A DNA stretch of 32,000 bases from Candidatus Methanoperedens sp. (GTDB lineage Archaea; Halobacteriota; Methanosarcinia; Methanosarcinales; Methanoperedenaceae): NCBI GenBank assembly GCA_027460535.1, contig JAPZAR010000015.1:38245-70244 (forward strand). Reading direction: 5' to 3'. The position numbers and the translations under genes are program-made. Position 1 is the stretch's first letter; every line of letters starts with the position of its first letter. The notes beneath the pieces were generated by a model that saw nothing but the letters and a program-made list of their open reading frames with translations, searched no databases and was not told the DNA's origin. This document shows, one piece after another, positions 25,433 to 32,000 of this stretch.

Positions 25433-26461
25433 TTACAGGGGAGTCTTTTCGACGAGCATTCCGTTCTTCATTGGATAGCGCTCAATTACCGAGACTATGC
25501 ACCCTTTTTTTTTCAATGCTTCCGCCAGGTCCGAAACGATCCACCACGTAGTCTCAATAGTCCCATTCATGCAGGAATACATGTCATCGGTGACACCCGC
25601 CTCTTTCAGGATCGAAAGAGAACCGCCACCTTCTATGGCACCGTAAACAAGGGTTCCATCCTCTGTTATCTCATCAAACTCCCTTGCACTCATTTTTGCT
25701 ATCCTTTTAAACCTTTCACGAAGCTGGACTGCATCCTTGAATCGCGAGGAACAAAAATGGATCTTGTCAGCGTGTACCAGCAGAGCCACCTCCTTGCTCC
25801 CGAATATGGCAGATGAAACATCATCTACCGCTACAAATCCCCGATCTTTAAGTTCTTCTGCATTTGTTTCCGAGATCTCAAGCTCATTCAGGTTCAAAAA
25901 ACCCCCGACCTCGCCAAGTAATGATATAATCCCCCCGAAGTCGGATGGCAAAGAGGGTATTTCAATCCCCGCTGAAAGCCCAAGTTCATGAGCCGCATGG
26001 ATCGACTCGCGATAATATGTTCTTCCAATATTTTTTAATTGATCCCTCGGAGGGTGGAACCTGATCTCATCAAGCCCCGCTTTCTTTAACATTTCAAGCA
26101 CCCCCCGGTTAGGCGCCAGGGCTGTGTATAAATGTATATGGTGGGCCTTTCCGAACCTGTTCTTCAGGAGTTTTATACAATGAACTACGCGGTCCAGACG
26201 CAATAACGGTTCCCCCCCGGTTATTCCTGTCCCGAGCGCTTCCATCGAGATGGCTTCTTCTATAATATCTTCATCCTTCCCCACGCGTCTTTCGTTTGCA
26301 AATATCAGGTCCTTTTCCTTCCTTTCGTATGATACAGGGCAGTAGAAGCAGTTCTTCCCGCATGATCCTGTAATGAAGAGAACCATCTTCGCCCCCATAT
26401 AACAGAGACGGCATCCTTCTGGGAGGTAATTATAAAATGAACCTGTATTGTCCTTTTCCAT
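25433..26461 (-). CDS. Radical SAM protein (pyruvate formate-lyase activase-related, uncharacterised archaeal group)
   Basis: The CX3CX2C cluster is present in GSCGKNCFYCPV, followed by GGEPLL. Confidence 0.85.
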   Translation of the reverse strand: MEKDNTGSFYNYLPEGCRLCYMGAKMVLFITGSCGKNCFYCPVSYERKEKDLIFANERRVGKDEDIIEEAISMEALGTGITGGEPLLRLDRVVHCIKLLKNRFGKAHHIHLYTALAPNRGVLEMLKKAGLDEIRFHPPRDQLKNIGRTYYRESIHAAHELGLSAGIEIPSLPSDFGGIISLLGEVGGFLNLNELEISETNAEELKDRGFVAVDDVSSAIFGSKEVALLVHADKIHFCSSRFKDAVQLRERFKRIAKMSAREFDEITEDGTLVYGAIEGGGSLSILKEAGVTDDMYSCMNGTIETTWWIVSDLAEALKKKGCIVSVIERYPMKNGMLVEKTPL

Positions 26462-26495
26462 TTTCAGTAGTTTGAATTATTATGGGTCCATTGGT

Positions 26496-27410
26496 CTATT
26501 TACTGCGTGTAATTATATATTCACCTAACTCAACCAGCTTTCTTTTTGCAGAACTTTCATCGAGCGGTTCAAGGCGGCTTTTTGCGAGATCAAGCTCTTC
26601 CCTCGCAATTTCCTGTGCGTAATCTATTGAATCCGAAACGAGGTGCATCAGCTCGCCGTTGTTGCATTTCATCATTCTTTCAAGCGAGATGCCGGACTTT
26701 AGGGCATCAAGGACTACAATGGAGGGCCTTCCCATGAAGAGATCTTTTTTCACCGGTTTGCCGAGGTCCTCTTCTTTTGAAATGCAATCAAGTATATCGT
26801 CACGGATCTGGAAGGCCATGCCTAGATGACTCCCGAATTCTGTAAAGTTCTTTATTTGTTCCTCGTCTCCTCCGCCAACCACGGCGCCCACCTCGGCAGC
26901 CGAACCAAAGAGAGAGCCGGTTTTCCGGAACGCAAGTTCCAGATAACTTTTCTTATCTTTAGCAAAATCTACAAGTTCCATGGCTTCCCCTTCGCCCATA
27001 TAATACAGGGAATCCGAGATGGCATGGATGAGCCTCGGGTCACGCGATGCTATCTTGAGGGAGAGAGCCGCGAGTATCTGGACCGTCAGGAGGGCCATAT
27101 CAACGCCCCACTTCTTATGAATCGTATCCTGCCCGCGCCTTTTTTCGGATTTATCGATCACATCATCAAGAACAAGGGATGAGGAGTGTATGAGTTCTAT
27201 GGAAGCTGCCGCAAAACTTGCATCCTCAGCTCTGCCCCCAACGGCTTCGCAGGCAAGCGTAACCAGGGCTGGTCGGATGCGCTTTCCCTTTGAGGCGATA
27301 GCATATGTTACTGCCGCGGCAAGTTCAGGGGGCTTGATGTCAAGGAGCAGGCCTGGAAGCTCTGTGTCTACCAGTCTTGCACGCTCGGTCAGAAGTTGTT
27401 CTATATCCAT
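26496..27410 (-). CDS. Polyprenyl (geranylgeranyl) diphosphate synthase
   Basis: Both Asp-rich motifs are present: LVLDDVIDKS (first) and FQIRDDILD (second). Confidence 0.9.
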   Translation of the reverse strand: MDIEQLLTERARLVDTELPGLLLDIKPPELAAAVTYAIASKGKRIRPALVTLACEAVGGRAEDASFAAASIELIHSSSLVLDDVIDKSEKRRGQDTIHKKWGVDMALLTVQILAALSLKIASRDPRLIHAISDSLYYMGEGEAMELVDFAKDKKSYLELAFRKTGSLFGSAAEVGAVVGGGDEEQIKNFTEFGSHLGMAFQIRDDILDCISKEEDLGKPVKKDLFMGRPSIVVLDALKSGISLERMMKCNNGELMHLVSDSIDYAQEIAREELDLAKSRLEPLDESSAKRKLVELGEYIITRSK

Positions 27411-27538
27411 TGGCTACTCCCATAAGCGAAGTACACAAAAGAGTTTCTGTTTAAAAACATATCACATCACAAATTTAACTTTTATCATAAAGACTTTTCT
27501 GATTCATATTCGTAATTGTAAGGATTTTTCATGCGTGT

Positions 27539-28690
27539 TCAGATATCGAGTTTTCGCATTCTTTCAATGGCTGTGTTGATCCTATTAACCGGTTGCGTCA
27601 ATGAAAATCTTATATATCCTTCGCCGTGTTCCCCGAACCCTACACCAGGAGTCGCAACTATTCCTGCCTTTCCAAGCAGCATCGTAGTGAAATCCAGGGA
27701 TTTACCTTCCACTGGCGTCCATACATAGAATGTGGCCCTGGGAGGATCCACTTCAAATCCGAGTTCTCTCAGGCCTGCGACAAGCGCATCGCGCCTCTCC
27801 TTGTAGATCCGGTTCATTTCAGACACACAATCCTGGGGCCCGGAAAGCGCGGCGATCCCGGCTTCCTGAACAGCCTCGAACGCGCCCGAATCCACGTTCG
27901 TCTTAACCTTCCCCAGACCTGCGATTATATCGCGGTTCCCGACAGCAAAACCTATCCTCCAGCCCGTCATATTGTATGTTTTGGAAAGAGAGTGCATCTC
28001 GATCCCGACTTCCATTGCACCGCTTACGCTCAGGAAACTGGGTGCTTTGTATCCATTGAAAGTCATTTCTGAATAAGCATTATCGTGAACGACAATAATA
28101 TCATGTTCAGCTGCGAAATCCACTACTTCTTCAAAAAATTTCAAGGACGCTATTGCCGATGTGGGGTTGTTTGGATAATTAAGAAACATGATCTTGGCTT
28201 TTTTTGCTATGTTCACCGGTATGGCTCCAAGGTCGGGAAGAAAATCGTTCTCGGCTATAAGCGGCATCTTATACGGTCTGCCATCTGCCAGTATTGACCC
28301 GATGTTATACACTGGATAGCCGGGGTCGGGAACAAGGGATATCTCCCCCGGATTCAGGAATGCAAGAGGGATATGGGCGATACCCTCTTTTGACCCTATG
28401 AGCGCCAGTACCTCATCTTCAGGATTGAGGTCTATGCTCATAGTCTTCTTAAGCCATCCGGCTGCAGCCGTCCTGAAAGAGAGCATTCCTTCATATGATG
28501 GATACCTGTGATAAGCAGGATTCGACACAGCTTTTTTCATTGCTTCCACTATATGCGGGGGGGTAGGCATATCCGGGTCCCCTATGCTCAGGTTGATGAC
28601 ATCCACACCTTTCCTGACAGCTTCAGCCTTTGCTTTATCGATTGCTGCGAATAAATAAGGGGGTAATGAATTTATCCTGTCGGCGTACAT
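27539..28690 (-). CDS. Class I/II PLP aminotransferase, LL-diaminopimelate aminotransferase-like
   Basis: The N-terminus INSLPPYLFAAID and the PLP-lysine context SLSKTYNMTGWRIG are present. The DapL assignment is an inference from similarity I remember. Confidence 0.8.
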   Translation of the reverse strand: MYADRINSLPPYLFAAIDKAKAEAVRKGVDVINLSIGDPDMPTPPHIVEAMKKAVSNPAYHRYPSYEGMLSFRTAAAGWLKKTMSIDLNPEDEVLALIGSKEGIAHIPLAFLNPGEISLVPDPGYPVYNIGSILADGRPYKMPLIAENDFLPDLGAIPVNIAKKAKIMFLNYPNNPTSAIASLKFFEEVVDFAAEHDIIVVHDNAYSEMTFNGYKAPSFLSVSGAMEVGIEMHSLSKTYNMTGWRIGFAVGNRDIIAGLGKVKTNVDSGAFEAVQEAGIAALSGPQDCVSEMNRIYKERRDALVAGLRELGFEVDPPRATFYVWTPVEGKSLDFTTMLLGKAGIVATPGVGFGEHGEGYIRFSLTQPVNRINTAIERMRKLDI

Positions 28691-28760
28691 AACATTTCGC
28701 CGTTCAAATGTTGGTTATTGTATATAAGATATGACCATTTAATCCGAAAAAGCAAGAACT

Positions 28761-29129
28761 TTAATCCTCATCCTCATCTTCATCTTTCCCGGCTTCAAAA
28801 AACAGCTCGCCGTACAGCAATTTTTCGATCACCTGAGATATGTATAGACGCTTCTGGTATCTCTGCAGGTCCTCATTCATGTGAAGCTCTGAATCCACCT
28901 GAACCCTGAGAAGCACAAATCTGAATTTCTCCATGTCCTCGATTTCAAATGACCTGATCGTCTCCATTAGATATGGCAGTTTATCCGGCCCGTCGACGGC
29001 TTCAGCGATGATAAGAATGGCGTGCGGGATTTCCCCTATATTCGGTTCCTGCAGTCCTGTCAGGAGCTTCAGGGTTTCAAATGAATATTTTTTATCCTTG
29101 ATAGTAACAGAATCCATAAAACCACACAT
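28761..29129 (-). CDS. Hypothetical protein with an acidic C-terminal tail (KDEDEDED)
   Basis: It is a clean ORF divergent from trmI. The start is either 29129 or the ATG at 29117. I recognised no family. Confidence 0.5.
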   Translation of the reverse strand: MCGFMDSVTIKDKKYSFETLKLLTGLQEPNIGEIPHAILIIAEAVDGPDKLPYLMETIRSFEIEDMEKFRFVLLRVQVDSELHMNEDLQRYQKRLYISQVIEKLLYGELFFEAGKDEDEDED

Positions 29130-29172
29130 ATTCTTTATCTATCAGGTTCTATATTAGCCAAACGGAAAGATA

Positions 29173-29916
29173 ATGGAAACCCCGGTAATTCTAAAGACAC
29201 TCCGAGAAGGAAAGATGAAGGAATATTTTGTCATGCCGCATGGAGAGCTGCATACGGACCTGGGGATAATAAAGCTAGAAGAACTTCAGACAAAAACATT
29301 CGGGGATAAAATAAGCTCTCATCTCGGTGTGGAGTTCATAATACAGAAGCCAAGAGCCCCGGATTTTTTCAGGCATGCAAAACGAAGCGGTGCGCCAATG
29401 ATGCCTAAGGACATAGGTGTGATCATTTCGAACACGGGTCTCTCTTCCTCGGACCATGTTCTGGATGCAGGCACCGGTTCCGGTATCCTGGCCATTTATC
29501 TCGGGATGATCGCGAAAAGAATCGTATCTTATGAGCTGAGGGAGGAATTTATTGAGATAGCACGGGGGAATATCGCTCTCACGGGTCTATCCAATATTGA
29601 ACTGCGCCATGGCGACATAGTTTCGGAAATTCAAACTCTGGATGAGAAATTCGATGTCATAACCCTTGATACAGCCAGTGCGTCACAGGTTGTTCCTCAT
29701 GTTCCGAAGGTCATATATCCCGGAGGTTTTCTTGCTGTTTATTCACCATTTTTTGAACAGGCAAAAGAAGTCAGATCTGCGATCGAGACCAACAATTTCA
29801 CAGATGTAATGACTATTGAGACCATAGAACGTGAAATTTCTTTTACCGACCGCGGAACCCGCCCTTCAACTGCAAGAGTGGGCCACACAGGTTTTATCAC
29901 CATAACCAGGTATTGA
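29173..29916 (+). CDS. trmI: tRNA (adenine-N1)-methyltransferase TrmI (GCD14 family)
   Basis: It has an N-terminal beta domain followed by the SAM motif I, VLDAGTGSGILAIYL. The length of 247 aa fits. Confidence 0.85.
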   Translation: METPVILKTLREGKMKEYFVMPHGELHTDLGIIKLEELQTKTFGDKISSHLGVEFIIQKPRAPDFFRHAKRSGAPMMPKDIGVIISNTGLSSSDHVLDAGTGSGILAIYLGMIAKRIVSYELREEFIEIARGNIALTGLSNIELRHGDIVSEIQTLDEKFDVITLDTASASQVVPHVPKVIYPGGFLAVYSPFFEQAKEVRSAIETNNFTDVMTIETIEREISFTDRGTRPSTARVGHTGFITITRY

Positions 29917-30248
29917 TACTTTATTAAATTTTTTCTAAATATTTTTACTGCAGCCTATGTCATGATAGTTTATCGACTACTGGCCTTTCTGATTCAAATT
30001 TAACTATATTTTAAAGTAATAAATCAAAAAATAAAAATTTATAAACAATATAAAACTTAAATAATCTCTATTATAACTTGAAAACTCAAAAATACTTTGA
30101 AAATTGTCGGTGTATTTATGTTTTTGGCGGCCGTTAGGATTTGCTGAAGTGGTTTATGAGAAATGAAATATCCCAAAGAACTGTTCTTGAAGCATTTCAA
30201 GTTCATCCTGATATCGTAGGTCCTTGTAAGAAAATGGGAGGAAAAAAT

Positions 30249-30884
30249 ATGATAGGAACCGGAATGAATATTATAGACGAATTACTTGATGGTGGCGTGC
30301 CAAAAGGTAAAAGTCTTCTATACTATATCCAGCCCGGTGTGGAGGGTGAGTTTTATGGATTACAGATGATATTCAACTCCCTCAGGTGCGCCGGAACCTG
30401 CGTTTTTGTGGCGTCCAGTACAAGTCCGTCTGTCATAAAGAGCCAGTTCAAGGATTTCGGCTGGAATATCGACCCTTATAAAAACAGGTTCTTTTTTGTG
30501 GATGCCTATAATCCATTAATACGGGCGCCTTCGAAAGAGAAATATATCATTTCAAATCCGGATAACATTTACGAGTTCAGTAAATCAATAATAAACATAT
30601 TAAAAGAATTGCAACCCAGCACCATACTTTTTGGTTCTCTCTCTACCATTATGGATTTGTGCGGCGAGGCTGAAACTATTGAAGCGGTCAAGACCTGGAA
30701 TAGGATCGGGAAGTTGCACGGTCACATCATTGTGTATAATTTCACGGCATGGCCTTATTCCAAGAGGACGTTGGATTTTATTAGAAATGATCTCTTCAAT
30801 GCGGTAATATCCATAGGTGGAATATCCGATCATGTGATCTTTGGAAAATATCTCGGGATACTTAAATCAGATTTGACATGCTAA
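30249..30884 (+). CDS. KaiC/RecA-superfamily fold protein with degenerate Walker A and Walker B (predicted pseudo-ATPase)
   Basis: The KaiC-like N-terminus IIDELLDGGVPKGKSLL is followed by IQPGVEGE where GxxGxGK[ST] is expected, and by ILFGSLS where hhhhDS is expected. GGGAGG lies upstream of the ATG at 30249; the track ORF starts at a TTG at 30141. Confidence 0.65.
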   Translation: MIGTGMNIIDELLDGGVPKGKSLLYYIQPGVEGEFYGLQMIFNSLRCAGTCVFVASSTSPSVIKSQFKDFGWNIDPYKNRFFFVDAYNPLIRAPSKEKYIISNPDNIYEFSKSIINILKELQPSTILFGSLSTIMDLCGEAETIEAVKTWNRIGKLHGHIIVYNFTAWPYSKRTLDFIRNDLFNAVISIGGISDHVIFGKYLGILKSDLTC

Positions 30885-30969
30885 CAATGAAAAACATAGC
30901 TTCAACTATCTTAAAAAAAATGGAAATATCACGACACATTTATTACGATAACGGAGATATGGAAACTCC

Positions 30970-32000
30970 ATGAAGGGCATCGCAATAGTTCTCCTGTTTA
31001 CCTTTCTGGTGCTTCCTGCCTCCGCTTCGAGAATCGACTCATTGGAAGGCAGCAATGCCAATTACAGCGATTTAACGTGGGATCCGCAGATAGTTGACTA
31101 TGTGTATGTGAACGCCACAATCAACAGGACCATAACATACTCAGTTACCGCGGCCGAACCAATGATATTGGACAGCTGGATACTGGATGGAACGCCTGTA
31201 ACCGGCGTTTCTGGAGGAAATACGGTTTCGTACACGCATACCTGGAACAATGAGAGTGTGGGATTCCACTCAATAATCTATCAGGGAATGGGCATCCGAT
31301 CATACATTGCCTTCCGATGGTATGTCAACGTTTATGAGATAGATCATTACAACGGCGGCAACCTGTTAGATGCCATTGATGACGCGCTCGATAGCCAGGC
31401 TTTGGATATCAAAGTCCGATTGATGAAGAACACGATTGCAAAATATGGCAACAAATCCAATATCACCGTCTTGAGGATTAATCAACTTCAAGATGAGATT
31501 ATTAAGCAACAAAATTTTTCGAAGGAGCTGGGCGTGGAATTCAAGAAAGGGAACATTTCGATTGATACGTATGTTCCCTCTCTGAAACAGGCCCAGAGGG
31601 ATACAAAGTATAGCATGAAGCTCGCCGGAGCTATGGCGAAAATTGCGAAGGAAGACCTAAATGACGAAAAACTTGCCCTGGAATTCAATAAGATCCAGGA
31701 ATCTGGGAGTGGAAGCGGAGGAGGAAGCTCAGCAAATACAGCGGGAGGAAGCTCAGCAAATACAGCGGGAGGAAGCTCAGCAAATACAGCGGGAGGAAGC
31801 TCAGCAAATAGTGGTGGTGGAGGTAATTCAGCAAATAGTGGAGGTGGAGGTAACTCAGCAAATAGTGGTGGTGGAGGTAATTCAGCAAATAGTGGTGGTG
31901 GAGGTAATTCAGCAAATAGTGGAGGTGGAGGTAACTCAGCAAATAGTGGTGGTGGAGGTAATTCAGCAAATAGTGGTGGTGGAGGTAATTCAGCAAATAG
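30970..32000 (+). CDS. Secreted repeat protein, partial (3' end off the window): signal peptide, beta-rich domain with many N-x-S/T sequons, coiled-coil segment, Gly/Ser/Asn tandem repeats
   Basis: It is absent from the ORF track because no stop falls inside the window. I translated it by hand and found no stop across 343 codons. The N-terminus is MKGIAIVLLFTFLVLPASA-SRIDS, and the 3' end is (GGSSANTA)n followed by (SGGGGNSAN)n. Confidence 0.75.
   Translation, partial: MKGIAIVLLFTFLVLPASASRIDSLEGSNANYSDLTWDPQIVDYVYVNATINRTITYSVTAAEPMILDSWILDGTPVTGVSGGNTVSYTHTWNNESVGFHSIIYQGMGIRSYIAFRWYVNVYEIDHYNGGNLLDAIDDALDSQALDIKVRLMKNTIAKYGNKSNITVLRINQLQDEIIKQQNFSKELGVEFKKGNISIDTYVPSLKQAQRDTKYSMKLAGAMAKIAKEDLNDEKLALEFNKIQESGSGSGGGSSANTAGGSSANTAGGSSANTAGGSSANSGGGGNSANSGGGGNSANSGGGGNSANSGGGGNSANSGGGGNSANSGGGGNSANSGGGGNSAN
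31720..32000 (+). repeat. Two adjacent in-frame perfect tandem repeat arrays (24-bp and 27-bp units)
   Basis: The 24-mer GGAGGAAGCTCAGCAAATACAGCG occurs at 31720, 31744 and 31768, with an 18-bp partial copy at 31792. The 27-mers start at 31810, 31837, 31864, 31891, 31918, 31945 and 31972, and the array continues past the window end. Confidence 0.95.

Noticed and set aside
31685-31996. A minus-strand 103-aa ORF reading LNYLHHHYLL... repeatedly.
   Set aside because: It is the reverse-complement reading of the 24/27-bp tandem repeats. The plus-strand frame is continuous with a signal-peptide-bearing gene starting at 30970, so the minus ORF is a repeat artefact.
31720-32000. Possibility that the repeat array is a CRISPR array.
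   Set aside because: The units are directly adjacent with no unique spacers, are only 24-27 bp long, keep the reading frame of a coding gene, and no cas genes are present in the window.
1-32000. The whole window as a Borg-like or other giant extrachromosomal element, given the perfect tandem repeats.
   Set aside because: Genes alternate between strands rather than running in long single-strand blocks. The content is dominated by single-copy housekeeping genes (thermosome, FtsZ, L40e, MAT, ThiC, GGGPS), and composition is moderate rather than uniformly AT-rich, so a host chromosome is the simpler reading.

Overview
This is an archaeal chromosomal window, and by gene content it looks like a Methanosarcinales or ANME-2d-type euryarchaeon. 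That assignment is an inference, not a search result. About 35 protein genes lie on both strands. Most are housekeeping: group II chaperonin (thermosome), archaeal-type SAM synthetase, GGGP synthase, ribosomal protein L40e (too short for the ORF track), AMMECR1, FtsZ, ThiC, GGPP synthase, two aminotransferases, TrmI, NreA with a C-terminal PIP box, a QueD/PTPS-family protein, two radical SAM proteins and a gamma-carbonic-anhydrase-like protein. I saw no rRNA, tRNA, CRISPR array or transposase. Several accessory or unexplained elements sit between the core genes. (1) A visibly AT-rich two-gene islet at 20777-21624 encodes an AbrB/SpoVT-type antitoxin-like protein and a minimal nucleotidyltransferase. 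It is bracketed by a 10-bp direct repeat and has a tandem 11-bp repeat next to the first start codon. (2) A GC-rich block of four consecutive hairpins lies in an AT-rich spacer at 12396-12561. (3) A terminal locus follows a very AT-rich spacer from 29917. It contains a KaiC/RecA-fold protein that has lost Walker A and Walker B, a coupled micro-ORF, and a secreted protein whose 3' part consists of perfect in-frame 24-bp and 27-bp tandem repeats with an 81-bp higher-order period, running off the window. (4) A DUF429-like gene is interrupted by one in-frame TAA. (5) A cell-surface pair consists of an EB_dh/DOMON-type heme-domain protein with a CX3CH motif and a PGF-CTERM-like anchor, plus a lipoprotein with a Pro-Thr linker and a Cys-free cupredoxin-like domain. 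(6) A wHTH / HTH-REC / Cache-HAMP histidine kinase operon sits at the left edge. No single element can be shown from sequence alone to be a new system. The strongest candidates are the TA-like islet, the hairpin block and the pseudo-ATPase plus repeat-protein locus.
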